Positions 9,841 to 19,974 are shown, counted from the first letter of the stretch. The stretch is DNA of 64,000 nt from Phycisphaeraceae bacterium (GCA_040905565.1 JBBDRF010000005.1:32001-96000); one strand, 5' to 3'. The notes: a model not told the origin generated them from the letters alone. Numbers and translations: made by a program.

Positions 9841-11882
9841 GACAGGTCGAAGAGGATACGCTGAACGTTGTGACCGAGTTTCCGCACGCCGTTCAGGAAC
9901 TGGAGCATATCTGGATTCCCATGCCCGATGGCGTTCGCCTGGCAGCCCGCATCTGGATTCCCGAAGGGGCTGAGAATGAACCCGTTCCCGCAATCCTGGA
10001 GTACATCCCCTACCGCAAGCGTGATCTCACCCGGCACCGTGATGCGGTGGTACATCCGTACTTCGCAGGACACGGCTATGCGTGCATCCGAGTCGACCTA
10101 CGCGGCAGTGGCGATTCCGAGGGCATCCTGCGCGATCAATATCTCGAGCAGGAACAACTGGACGGCGTGAATGTGATTAACTGGATCGCGGGCCAGCGCT
10201 GGTGCAACGGCAACGTGGGGATGATGGGCCTTTCGTGGGGCGGCTTTAACGCACTGCAGATCGCGGCGCGTCGGCCGGAGCCGCTTAAGGCGATCATCAC
10301 CGCTTCCTCCACTGACGATACCTACGTGGACAACATGCACTACATGGGCGGGTGCCTGCTCAGCGATAACCTTTCGGAGGCGACCACGATGTTCGCCTTC
10401 AACTCGCTTCCGCCGGACCCTGAACTCGTGGGCGATCGCTGGCGTGAGATGTGGTTCGAGAGGCTCAAAGAGAGCGGGTTGTGGCTCGATACCTGGCTGC
10501 GTCATCAGCACCGCGACCCGTACTGGAAGCCGGGCTCGGTTTGTGAAGATTATGGAGCGATCCAGTGCCCGGTGTTCACGATAAGCGGCTGGGCGGATGG
10601 GTATTCCAACGCGGTGTTTCGGTTGCTTGCGAAGCTTGAGGTGCCGCGGAAGGGTTTGATCGGGCCGTGGAGCCATCGGTATCCGCATGTTGGCATTCCT
10701 GGGCCGGCTATCGGTTTTCTGCAGGAGGCGCTGCGATGGTGGGATCACTGGTTGAAGGGCGAGAACACCGGCATGATGGACGAGCCGATGCTGCGTGTGT
10801 GGATGCAGGATTCGATCCCGCCGACTACGCGGTACCTGCTTCGGCCAGGCCGCTGGGTGGGCGAGGATCAATGGCCCTCGCCACATGTTGAAGAGCATGT
10901 TTATCCACTGGCGCCGGGCTATTTGGCCAAGCCGGGCGAGACGCCGCCGGTGGAGCCGCAGACGGTGGAGTCGCCGTTGACGGTCGGGCTTTTTGCGGGC
11001 AAGTGGTGCAGTTACTCGGCGACGCCCGACCTGCCGCACGATCAGCGTGAAGAGGACGGCGGTTCGCTGGTATTTCAAAGTAAACCGCTCGCCGAGCCGG
11101 TGGAGATACTTGGCGGGCCGGTTCTTGAACTGGAGCTCGCGGCGAGCAAGCCGGTGGCCATGGTGGCGGCGCGCCTGTCGGATGTCGCACCCAACGGGAA
11201 AGCCACGCGCATCACGTACGGGCTGCTGAACCTGACGCACGCCAACGGCCACGGTCGGCCGGCTCCGATCGAGCCGGGCAAACACTTCAGAGCGCGGGTG
11301 CAACTCAACGGCGTGGCGCAACACTTCCCCGCTGGTCATCGCATTCGCGTTTCGCTGTCGACTTCGTACTGGCCCCTGGCGTGGGCGCCGCCGGAGCCTG
11401 TTCGGCTGACGATATCGACCGGGTCGAGCAGTCTGACCTTGCCGGTGCGGCCGCCGCGCGAAGCCGATGAACACCTGCCGCCGTTTAAGGAACCCGCCGG
11501 TGCCCAGCCGATTGCGCAGACGCAGCTCACGGAGACGCAGCACAACTGGCGGGTGATCCGTGACCTTGCATCGGACTGGTCCACGCTTGAAGTTGTGAAG
11601 GATAAGGGCACGTATCTGATCGACGAGATCGACCTCCAGGTGCGCAGCAACACGCTGGAGTGGTACAGCTCACGGGGGGACGATTTCAACTCGCTGCGGG
11701 GGGAGACGTCGACGGTGCGTGGGTTCAGCCGGGGCGACTGGTCGACGCGCACCATCACACGAACGGTGCTGACGTCGACGCCGCGTGCTTTTGTGCTGTA
11801 CGCAGAGCTTGATGCATACGAGGGCGACAAGCGGGTGTTCTCGAAGAACTGGGATCGCACGATTCCGCGTGACTTGGTTTGA
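9837..11882 (+). CDS. CocE/NonD family serine hydrolase (peptidase S15)
   Basis: IPMPDGVRLAARIW, LEYIPYRK, VDLRGSGDSEG, nucleophile GLSWGG, C-terminal PepX-like domain; ATGA overlap with the upstream gene. Confidence 0.9.
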   Translation: MRQVEEDTLNVVTEFPHAVQELEHIWIPMPDGVRLAARIWIPEGAENEPVPAILEYIPYRKRDLTRHRDAVVHPYFAGHGYACIRVDLRGSGDSEGILRDQYLEQEQLDGVNVINWIAGQRWCNGNVGMMGLSWGGFNALQIAARRPEPLKAIITASSTDDTYVDNMHYMGGCLLSDNLSEATTMFAFNSLPPDPELVGDRWREMWFERLKESGLWLDTWLRHQHRDPYWKPGSVCEDYGAIQCPVFTISGWADGYSNAVFRLLAKLEVPRKGLIGPWSHRYPHVGIPGPAIGFLQEALRWWDHWLKGENTGMMDEPMLRVWMQDSIPPTTRYLLRPGRWVGEDQWPSPHVEEHVYPLAPGYLAKPGETPPVEPQTVESPLTVGLFAGKWCSYSATPDLPHDQREEDGGSLVFQSKPLAEPVEILGGPVLELELAASKPVAMVAARLSDVAPNGKATRITYGLLNLTHANGHGRPAPIEPGKHFRARVQLNGVAQHFPAGHRIRVSLSTSYWPLAWAPPEPVRLTISTGSSSLTLPVRPPREADEHLPPFKEPAGAQPIAQTQLTETQHNWRVIRDLASDWSTLEVVKDKGTYLIDEIDLQVRSNTLEWYSSRGDDFNSLRGETSTVRGFSRGDWSTRTITRTVLTSTPRAFVLYAELDAYEGDKRVFSKNWDRTIPRDLV

Positions 11883-11972
11883 AGCGCAGGTGATGCGCGC
11901 GAGTGTGGCGTGCCGCTATGATGTGGGTCATACTCCGTGTCCGGTCGCCTCGTTTTGAATCGGGTTTTCGCG

Positions 11973-13874
11973 ATGTCGTCACAGCAGTTGATCGAGCAGT
12001 TTCGCGATTCTGCCGGTGTGCTCCTTGCGAGCATCCCGCACGTATGCGAAGCAATGAACGAACCGCCAGCCGTGCTTGAAGATCGGCCGGGCTGGCGCGC
12101 GCTCCGCGAGCGATACACGGTATGGGCGGGGCGCAAGGGTGAGCCGGTGCTGGTGTGCGTGATCTATGGTCCGACCGGCGCGGGCAAGAGCACGTTTTTC
12201 CGGATGCTGACCGGTTGCGATGTCCCGGCAGGCGGCACACTTCGGCCGATGTCGTACGTCGGTTGCGTCGCAATTCCCGGTGCGTTCATCGATCGCAATG
12301 AGGATCTCGCGTCGCTGTTTCCAGAGAACCAGTTGCGTCGTTTGGAGGAGCCGGATCAGCTGCGTGATCGCCACTGTCCGCCGGACGTGCTGTACTGGAT
12401 GCCTTACCTCCGACCTTCGCCGGATGCGCCGGGTTTGCCGCCGGTGATCGCGGACGTGCCGGACTTCAACAGCGTGGAGCATGCGAACTGGGAGAAGGCT
12501 GCCCGCATGCTCGACCGGGCCGAGGCGGTGCTGTTTCTGACTTACGATGAGTCGTACAAGAACCGCGACACGGTGCAGCATCTTGAACAGTGCTGTCGGC
12601 GGGCGGGATATTTGGCGTTCGTGATGACCAAGTCTGACCCGGCTGTGGCGACGGAGAAGTGGGCGGATTTGCTGGATCATGTTTCCACGAGCGACGCCTT
12701 CGCGGCAAGGCGGCACGACGGCAAGACATTGCACGAGTTTCTCGCCAACTGCCCGGTCTACGCCAGCCCGCGTGCCCACCCGGATGAGCAGCCGTCGCTT
12801 GATGAGGTGGTGCCTTTACGTGAAGGCGATCCGCCGTTGCGTTCGCTTCTGCATGGGCTCGATCAACAGCGCATCGTGCGGGCGGGGCTAATTCAACCTG
12901 CAATGGAGGCGATCACGCTGGCACGGCAGCAGATCGATCGGGCGGCCCAGCAGCGTGACATGCTTCAGCGGCGGCTGGATGCGATCAGCCATCGCACCTA
13001 CGAAGAGGCGGAGCGGCTGGCGACGAACATCTTCCCGGTCGGGCAGTTTCTCAAGGTGTTCATGCAGACGGTGCGTGCTAGGCAGGGCCGGGTGCAGCGG
13101 ACGATCACGTGGACGGTCGGCTGGCTTTATGCAATGGGACGCGAGTGGGCGAAGCTGTTGCGTCGGCTGTTCACGGATCACGAAGAGGTCCGCCCGCATG
13201 AGCAGGTCGAAGCGACGCGATTGCGTGAAGCGGTCGATCATCTCTTCGAGCTGCTGCGGTCGGCGGTGCCTGAAGAGGCGCGGAACGATGGCATGCTCAG
13301 TGCCAAGCGCTTCGAGCCGATCCGTGATCGCTTCGTGCAGCAACCGCCTCCGCAGACGGGTGAGCAGTGGCAGGTGACCGTGCGTGACGAGGCCGAACGC
13401 TGGTTCCGGGAGAACCGCGTGAAGGCGCGCGTCCTGCCGGTGCTGCTGGATACGATCATCGGTTTAGGGGCCGCGGGGCTGGCGATCGACTTCTTCGTGG
13501 CGGGTGGGCTGGGCACGCTCACCACCGAAGCGCTGCTCGCCGCGGGCGGGTCGGCCTCGGCAGCTGGGCTGCTCGGGCGATTCCTTCATCATTGGGGCCT
13601 GGAGCAGGCGTTCAATCGCACCGCGGAGCGATGGCGTCGCCAGCGTGCGGAGGAACTCGAGGTTCACATGATGACGCATCTGGTCGGGCCCCTTTGCGCG
13701 ACGGCCTGGCAGGAGCAGCTCGCGAAACTTGCCGAGGCCCCCATCGATGCCTGCCGCAACGCCTGCGACGATCTGGCAAGGCTGGCCGTTGAGGACGAAC
13801 GTGATGATCGGATGCAGCAGCGGCAGGCGGACGCGGAGGCCGGTGAGAACGGCGTGGAAGGCGGGCGTGCATGA
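11973..13874 (+). CDS. Dynamin-like/YfjP-type P-loop GTPase with C-terminal hydrophobic segment (copy 1)
   Basis: G1 GPTGAGKS, G3 DVPDFNS, G4 TKSD; helical stalk; hydrophobic VLPVLLDTIIGLGAAGLAIDFFVAGG segment. Confidence 0.72.
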   Translation: MSSQQLIEQFRDSAGVLLASIPHVCEAMNEPPAVLEDRPGWRALRERYTVWAGRKGEPVLVCVIYGPTGAGKSTFFRMLTGCDVPAGGTLRPMSYVGCVAIPGAFIDRNEDLASLFPENQLRRLEEPDQLRDRHCPPDVLYWMPYLRPSPDAPGLPPVIADVPDFNSVEHANWEKAARMLDRAEAVLFLTYDESYKNRDTVQHLEQCCRRAGYLAFVMTKSDPAVATEKWADLLDHVSTSDAFAARRHDGKTLHEFLANCPVYASPRAHPDEQPSLDEVVPLREGDPPLRSLLHGLDQQRIVRAGLIQPAMEAITLARQQIDRAAQQRDMLQRRLDAISHRTYEEAERLATNIFPVGQFLKVFMQTVRARQGRVQRTITWTVGWLYAMGREWAKLLRRLFTDHEEVRPHEQVEATRLREAVDHLFELLRSAVPEEARNDGMLSAKRFEPIRDRFVQQPPPQTGEQWQVTVRDEAERWFRENRVKARVLPVLLDTIIGLGAAGLAIDFFVAGGLGTLTTEALLAAGGSASAAGLLGRFLHHWGLEQAFNRTAERWRRQRAEELEVHMMTHLVGPLCATAWQEQLAKLAEAPIDACRNACDDLARLAVEDERDDRMQQRQADAEAGENGVEGGRA

Positions 13875-15796
13875 CACCTGCTCAGCACACACTGTGCCGG
13901 CCGATCGTGCGGAAGCTTGAGGAGCTGACGGCATCGCTTGAGCCGTTAAGCGAACTGCCCGCTGCGACGCACGTGGTGCGGCTTTGCCAGGGGGCGCTGG
14001 AGCATTTTCGTGACGAAAACGTGGCGGTGGATCGCCCGGTCCATGTCGCTATCGTCGGCGGCAGTGGTGCGGGCAAATCCGAACTCTTCAATGCCATCAT
14101 CAATCAGCCGGGAGCCAGCCCTGTCTCGGCGACGCGGCGGTGCTACACCGAAAGCCCGGTCGTGGCGGTCGCACCGGCGAGCCGACCCAAAGTGAATCGG
14201 CTCGATGAGCTGAATGCGAAGTATGTCGATGCGCCGCGCCTCGGCCGTATGGTGCTCATCGACACGCCCGACCTCAACGGCGACCTGCCACGCCATCACG
14301 AGATCGCAAGGCAGGTCATCGAACGCAGCGACCTGGTCCTCTTCGTCAGCATTCCCGATCAGCGTGCCGATTTCGATGTACTCGAACAGCTCCGCGCCTT
14401 CCGCAGTCGTCAGCACTGGCTTTTCGTGCTTAACAAGCTCGACCGGGAAGCGGCGGATGTCGATGCGATCCGCGATGACTTCGACCGCCGGCTGCAGCAG
14501 ATCGGATTCGAGCCCGACGACCAGTGCCGCTTCATGGTCAGTGCCGTTGAGCCCCAACGGTATGATCTGCCTCGCCTGCGGCAGATGCTTCTGTCACCGC
14601 AACCGATCGAAACGGTCCGCCTTTCTCGGCTCGACGTGGCCCTCGGCTACGCGCAGGAAGCGCTCAGCGATCGGTCGCTCGCCCCTCTGCTTGAGAAGGC
14701 GGCGACGCTTTGCGATGAGCTGAAACAGCTACAGAATCGGGTGCAGCAGATTTATCGGGACGCCTTGGCGCAGCCGGAGATTCAGGAGCAGCTGCGGCGG
14801 CTGGTGCGCGATCGCGCGTGGACGGAAGCGGGGGCGCGCGTCGGCTGGCCGATGTCGATGGCGCTGCACCTGCGCAACCGCTTCGCGCTGTTCGCCACGG
14901 GCTATCATTTGACGCGGGTGGCGACGGGGAGCGTGACGCCGTTTCGGCTGGTGCAGTTGGCGCTGTCATCGCTTGCCTCGGCAGCACGTGGGCTGCTGCC
15001 GGTGATGCACATCACGGAACTGCTCGAACGCAACGCACGCGCGGATCTCGAACACGTGCATCACGCCACGCGTCGCATCCTTGAGGACCACGGCCTTCCC
15101 ACCTTCAGCCCCCCACCGTCGGCCCCCGCGACTCCCTCACAATCTCCCGTTCCCGTCGGCGATAGGTCGGAGGATGAGGATGAGCCGTCGCCGTCGATGC
15201 GAACCTCGCTGGATGTGCGTCAGTTGCCGAACCGCATCGCCGCTGCGACTCTTGACGAGACGGGAAGGCGTATGCGATCGGCTGCCCAGCAGTTCGTCGG
15301 CGAGCTTCGCACGAACAGTCCGCTGATCGCGCCCCTCCAGCGTGCGCTGGATCGCGCGGGGCGGGCCGCTGCGGGCCGTGCGATCGGTTGGGTGACCTGG
15401 GTGCTGGTGAACATTCTGCCGCTGGCGGCGATCGCGCACGTTGGTTATCGGCTGACCGACGCGTGGATTCGAGCCGATTACCTGCCCGGCGTGTTTTATC
15501 CAATGGCCCTGGCGGTGCTGATCGCCAGCTTTGTGCCGGGCGTGCTGTGGGTTGGATTTCGGCTGCGGTTTTCCGGCGGCATTCCCGACACGGCTGAGCT
15601 ACTACAGGATATTCGCGACCATCCCGCCACCGAACCGCTCGCCGAGGTGTGCACGCATCTGGAGAGCTGGTCCCGGAATGCGCCGGCCGTCCGCAACCGC
15701 GTGATCAGCCTGAGAAACGAACTGACAGACGAGCTGGCCGGCAGTTTCGGGCAGTCGGTTATCCGGTCGGATGCAAGCGATGCCAGTCAAATTTAA
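13871..15796 (+). CDS. Dynamin-like/YfjP-type P-loop GTPase with TM hairpin (copy 2)
   Basis: G1 GGSGAGKS, G2 RCYT, G3 DTPDLNG, G4 NKLD; two TM helices near the C-terminus; ATGA overlap with copy 1. Confidence 0.75.
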   Translation: MTPAQHTLCRPIVRKLEELTASLEPLSELPAATHVVRLCQGALEHFRDENVAVDRPVHVAIVGGSGAGKSELFNAIINQPGASPVSATRRCYTESPVVAVAPASRPKVNRLDELNAKYVDAPRLGRMVLIDTPDLNGDLPRHHEIARQVIERSDLVLFVSIPDQRADFDVLEQLRAFRSRQHWLFVLNKLDREAADVDAIRDDFDRRLQQIGFEPDDQCRFMVSAVEPQRYDLPRLRQMLLSPQPIETVRLSRLDVALGYAQEALSDRSLAPLLEKAATLCDELKQLQNRVQQIYRDALAQPEIQEQLRRLVRDRAWTEAGARVGWPMSMALHLRNRFALFATGYHLTRVATGSVTPFRLVQLALSSLASAARGLLPVMHITELLERNARADLEHVHHATRRILEDHGLPTFSPPPSAPATPSQSPVPVGDRSEDEDEPSPSMRTSLDVRQLPNRIAAATLDETGRRMRSAAQQFVGELRTNSPLIAPLQRALDRAGRAAAGRAIGWVTWVLVNILPLAAIAHVGYRLTDAWIRADYLPGVFYPMALAVLIASFVPGVLWVGFRLRFSGGIPDTAELLQDIRDHPATEPLAEVCTHLESWSRNAPAVRNRVISLRNELTDELAGSFGQSVIRSDASDASQI

Positions 15797-15854
15797 ATCG
15801 TCGGCAAAGTATGCGCATTAAGTAAGTTCCGCGCCAAAAAAAGTCCGCACCCGC

Positions 15855-15882
15855 TCAAGTGTTTTGCTTTCTCCGACGATAA
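15855..15882 (+). promoter_or_regulatory. sigma28 (FliA)-like promoter
   Basis: TCAAG-N15-GACGATAA versus consensus TAAAG/TCAAG...GCCGATAA; about 110 bp upstream of the HDOD-GGDEF gene. Confidence 0.4.
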
Positions 15883-15991
15883 GCATAGAACCTGCACGAA
15901 CGATTCCCACCGCGCCAGCCGCGGTTGGTCTCGTCGTTCGCGTTGTGGTTGAGTGGCGAGAAAAGATGCTTCAGAACGGCAAGTTCATCCT

Positions 15992-17509
15992 ATGAACCAG
16001 GACCTGATTGAGAAGGTGCTCACCTGTCCGAGGCTCCCAAGCCTTCCGGCGATTGCGTTGGAAGTCATCGAACTTTGCCGCCGCGACGACGTCGCCATCA
16101 AGCACATCGCCGCCACCATCAGTAACGACCCGGCCCTCAGCAGCAAAATCCTGCGAACGGTGAACTCGTCGTTCTACGGCCTCAGCAAGCCGATCTCGAC
16201 GATCAGCCAGGCGTTGGTCATTCTCGGGCTCAACAGCGTCCGGACGCTGGCGCTGGGCTTCACGCTTGTGGGGAATTTCAAGAACACAGGCGGTGAGCAG
16301 TTCGACCCGAACGTCGTCTGGCGACGCAGTCTTTACTCAGCCGTCGGCACCCGCTGCATCGCCAAGGAAGTCGGCATGGCCGGACACGAAGAGGCGTTCC
16401 TGGCCGGTTTGCTTCAGGACCTCGGCGTGCTTGCGATGATTCAGACCATCGGGCCGGACTACGTTCAATTGCTTTGCGAGATGGGCGACGACCACCGCGA
16501 ACTCTGGCGTGCCGAGGGCAAACGGTTTGACGTGAATCATGCACAGATCGGCGAGGCGCTGGCCCTGCGCTGGAAGCTACCGCCGATTCTGAGCACGCCC
16601 ATCTGCCATCACGAACAGCCCGGCAACGCGCCGGCGGATCTGAGGGACATCGTCCGCGCGGTGCATCTGGGGGCTCTGGCTGCGGATGTCTACCTTGGCG
16701 GTGAGTCGCAAGAGGCGCTCAATAAGTTCCTCAGCACGGGTAAGCGATGGTTCGACATCGGCATCGAACCCGGCCGCGACCTTCTTAAGACCATCGGCGG
16801 CGGCACGCGGGAGCTTGCGAAACTGTTCGATATTCCCACGGAAAAAGCCAACAACGTTAATGAGATCCTCGCTGACGCGAACGACCTGCTGCTCGATCTT
16901 TCGCTTCAGACAGCACAAAACGCGACGGCACTCGAAGCGGAGAATCGGCATCTTCAGCGCAAAATCACCCGCGACCCGCTCACCGGCATCGGCAACCGGG
17001 GACACTTCAATACCTGCCTGCGTCGCTTTTTTGATCACGCTCAGAAACAGAGCAGCCCCGTCAGTCTCGTGCTCATCGACGCGGATAAATTCAAACCGCT
17101 CAATGACACCCACGGTCATCTCGCCGGCGACCGCGCGCTGGTCACCCTCGCCCGGCTCCTTCGCGATCACTCACCGGAGAACGCGGCAGTCTGTCGGTAC
17201 GGCGGCGAGGAGTTCGGCATCCTCCTTCCTGGCGCAGCACGCAGCGATGCGGCACGGATCGCGGAGCACATCCGAAGACAGATCGAGGGCACCGATATCG
17301 CCATTGACGACACGCAGACGCTGCGTATCACGGCGAGTCTGGGCGTGGCGACCTACGACGGCGTGCGTTTCTTCCGCCGTCCCGAGCAGCTGATCAAAGC
17401 TGCCGATCAGGCCGTTTACGCAGCGAAGGATGCCGGCCGCAACTGTGTCCGCATTTTCGCACCGCGTGCCAAGGCCCCCGATCCCGCCGAGGCTCCCGCA
17501 CCAGTTTGA
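15992..17509 (+). CDS. HDOD + GGDEF diguanylate cyclase
   Basis: HDOD motifs LPSLPAIA, DPALSSKILRTVNSSFYG, AGLLQDLG; GGDEF domain DPLTGIGNR, DADKFKPLND, RYGGEEF. Confidence 0.92.
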   Translation: MNQDLIEKVLTCPRLPSLPAIALEVIELCRRDDVAIKHIAATISNDPALSSKILRTVNSSFYGLSKPISTISQALVILGLNSVRTLALGFTLVGNFKNTGGEQFDPNVVWRRSLYSAVGTRCIAKEVGMAGHEEAFLAGLLQDLGVLAMIQTIGPDYVQLLCEMGDDHRELWRAEGKRFDVNHAQIGEALALRWKLPPILSTPICHHEQPGNAPADLRDIVRAVHLGALAADVYLGGESQEALNKFLSTGKRWFDIGIEPGRDLLKTIGGGTRELAKLFDIPTEKANNVNEILADANDLLLDLSLQTAQNATALEAENRHLQRKITRDPLTGIGNRGHFNTCLRRFFDHAQKQSSPVSLVLIDADKFKPLNDTHGHLAGDRALVTLARLLRDHSPENAAVCRYGGEEFGILLPGAARSDAARIAEHIRRQIEGTDIAIDDTQTLRITASLGVATYDGVRFFRRPEQLIKAADQAVYAAKDAGRNCVRIFAPRAKAPDPAEAPAPV

Positions 17510-17526
17510 CCGACTGTTCGATCACG

Positions 17527-17565
17527 AAAAACAAGAGGCCCACGTTCCTAAGAACGCGAGCCTCT
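17527..17565 (-). terminator. Intrinsic terminator hairpin between convergent genes
   Basis: Imperfect stem AGAGGCCCACGTTC / GAACGCGAGCCTCT, preceded by AAAAACA (U-tract on the minus strand). Confidence 0.5.
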
Positions 17566-17593
17566 GTTGATGTACATTCAGATCGTTTCTGGA

Positions 17594-18604
17594 TCAAACG
17601 TCGCAGAGCGTCACAGCTTGATGCAGGCCCTGTTGCGGATCGCGGGTGGGGATGAATTCCTGCCCGACGTAACCTTCGTACTCCAGTTCCAGCAGCGTGC
17701 GCATGATGGGCGGGTAGTTAATTTCCTGCGCGTCATCGAGCTCGTGCCGACCGGGGTTGCCGGCGGTGTGGATGTGGCCGAGGTAGTCGCGGCATTCGTG
17801 AAGCCGACGGATCACGTCGCCGTGCATGATCTGCACGTGATAAATGTCGAAAAGCAGCTTTAGCCGAGGCGAGCCGACCTTCTCGCAGATTTCAAGGCAC
17901 ATATCCAGATCGTCGCCCTGATAGCCGGGGTGGCCCTTCATCGGGTGCGAATCGTCACGCGTGTTCAGGTGTTCCATGCAGATGGTCACGCCCTTTTCCT
18001 CAGCGTAACCGACCACCTGCTTGAACCCCGCGACGCAATTGGCGACGCACTCTTCACGCGTCCAGTGCTCGCTGTCGGGGCCCATGTTGTCAACATCCTT
18101 ATGGCTGAACCCGGTGAACGCGATCACGTTCGGGGAACCGTATTCAGCACAGGCGTCGATCACGCGTTTGGTCTCCGCGACCAGCATTTCGTGGTAGGCG
18201 GGGTTGTTGAAACCGCGGATGAAGGGGAAATCGTCGGGCATATCGATGGAGGTAATGGCGCAGGTGATGCCGTGCTTTTTGAGCGTGGGCAGATCGCCGG
18301 TGCCGACGAGTTCAATTGAGGAAACGCCAAGTTGTTTGGCCACTTCGCAGGTTTCTTCGAGCTCCCAATGTTCGCTGAAGCACCACTGCACGATCGACTG
18401 CTGGATGCGGCCGTGGCGCACGGCTTTACCGCTGCTGGTCTTTGATGCCTGGGCGGGGCTGGCGTTGGCCAGGGTCTGACGGGTGGTGCAGCCTGTCGCG
18501 GTGACGCCGACGGCTCCCGCAGCGGCAAGGCCGGCCGCGTGGCTGAGGAGGTTACGACGGCTCAATCGCGACGATGCCGCATCCGCAGGACGGTTCTCAT
18601 TCAT
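17594..18604 (-). CDS. Tat-exported hydroxypyruvate isomerase-family TIM-barrel protein
   Basis: Twin-Arg SRRNLL signal; CMEHLN, KLLFDIYHVQIMHGD, GHIHTAGNPGRHE, YVGQEFIP motifs. Confidence 0.85.
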   Translation of the reverse strand: MNENRPADAASSRLSRRNLLSHAAGLAAAGAVGVTATGCTTRQTLANASPAQASKTSSGKAVRHGRIQQSIVQWCFSEHWELEETCEVAKQLGVSSIELVGTGDLPTLKKHGITCAITSIDMPDDFPFIRGFNNPAYHEMLVAETKRVIDACAEYGSPNVIAFTGFSHKDVDNMGPDSEHWTREECVANCVAGFKQVVGYAEEKGVTICMEHLNTRDDSHPMKGHPGYQGDDLDMCLEICEKVGSPRLKLLFDIYHVQIMHGDVIRRLHECRDYLGHIHTAGNPGRHELDDAQEINYPPIMRTLLELEYEGYVGQEFIPTRDPQQGLHQAVTLCDV

Positions 18605-18770
18605 ATGCTCGGCCTTTCTTCGAAGAGTTCTCGACGCTCGACGCGATCGATGCCACGGCTGATCATTTCAACCTGAACTTGGAGGATATCCAACGCCGCG
18701 GACGCACACAACCGGCGGAGTTTGAGGCGTGACCGCTTTGGGACCAGCCGACGCTGCCGGACGCAAGGCT

Positions 18771-19733
18771 TCACCTCGTGGCGCGGGCGACGTGGATGAG
18801 TTCGTCGATGATCTGGTCGATCGACTGCGTGGGCGTGAACCCGATCGCTTCGCGGATTCGGCTCAGGTCCGGCACGCGCCTGCGGAGATCGTCGAAAGCA
18901 GCCCCGTAGGCCTCTTCGTAGGGGATGAGGATCTTGCGGCTGGACGAACCGGCCGCGGCGATCACCCGGTCGGCCAGCGCGTTGATGCTGATTTCCTTAT
19001 CCGACCCGAGGTTGAAGACGCGGCCGTGGCACGTAGGATCGGCCAGCAGCTTCGGCAGTGCGTCGACAACATCCGTGACGTGGCAGAAGCAGCGTGTCTG
19101 CTCGCCGTCGCCGTAGATGTGGATGTCGCGGTTCGCCAGCGCCGCCTCAACGAAGCGTGGAAGCACCATGCCGTACCGTCCCAGTTGGCGGGGCCCGACG
19201 GTGTTGAACAGCCGCACGACCACGACGGGCAACTGCTCCTGCCGATGGTGCGCCATGGCCAGGTACTCATCGAGCGCTTTGGTTGCTGCGTAGGACCAGC
19301 GGGAGTAGATGGTCGAGCCGTAGGTCACGTCGTCGTCTTCACGGAACGGCACGCGGTCGCTCTTGCCGTACACCTCGGAGGAGCTGGTGACGAGCACGGG
19401 GATGTTGAACGCAGCGGCGGCCTGGAAAACCTTGGCCGTCTCGAGCACGTTCGTTTCGATCGTGTGGACGGGGTTGTCCACGATCAGTTGCACGCCGACT
19501 GCCGCGGCGAGGTGATAGATGGCGTCAAAATCATGCAGCCAGGCGATATTTGAAAGCGCGGCCCCGACCCGCTGCACCTGCAGGACGCAGTTCGGGCCGA
19601 GGATGTCGGCGACGTTGGCGCGGCTGCCGGTTGAAAGATCATCAAGAAGATGAACGTGATGGCCTGCATGGACCAGCTGCCGGGCGAGGTGTGAGCCGAC
19701 GAAGCCTGCGCCGCCGGTAATAAGAATCTTCAT
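18771..19733 (-). CDS. NAD-dependent nucleotide-sugar epimerase/dehydratase
   Basis: ITGGAGFVGSHL, SSSEVYG, YAATK (YxxxK), RLFNTVGPRQ. Confidence 0.9.
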   Translation of the reverse strand: MKILITGGAGFVGSHLARQLVHAGHHVHLLDDLSTGSRANVADILGPNCVLQVQRVGAALSNIAWLHDFDAIYHLAAAVGVQLIVDNPVHTIETNVLETAKVFQAAAAFNIPVLVTSSSEVYGKSDRVPFREDDDVTYGSTIYSRWSYAATKALDEYLAMAHHRQEQLPVVVVRLFNTVGPRQLGRYGMVLPRFVEAALANRDIHIYGDGEQTRCFCHVTDVVDALPKLLADPTCHGRVFNLGSDKEISINALADRVIAAAGSSSRKILIPYEEAYGAAFDDLRRRVPDLSRIREAIGFTPTQSIDQIIDELIHVARATR

Positions 19734-19974
19734 GATCGCAAAGTCTCCACGAATGCCGCCGCTCCTGGCGGGGCTCTATGGTAAGCGTTGCCGCCACGTG
19801 ATGCACAAACTGCAAGGCAGACACGGCGATACAACCGTTAGGGCACCGGTGCCGTTGGCGTCAGCCGCGCGATACCGCCCTGCATGCAGCGTTTTTCAAG
19901 ACATAGCCCTGAGAAGTAGAAGCTGGCATCGGCTTTGTTATGGGTATCGGCGACACCATCAGGGAACACGATTC

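Noticed and set aside
19732..19974. Long N-terminal extension of the DUF11 ORF in the ORF track (similar over-extensions for accA, tyrA, SDR, sufB, crtN, acyltransferase, crtQ, YkgJ)
   Set aside because: Downstream starts fit the RBS, signal peptide or family N-terminus better, so trimmed starts are reported.
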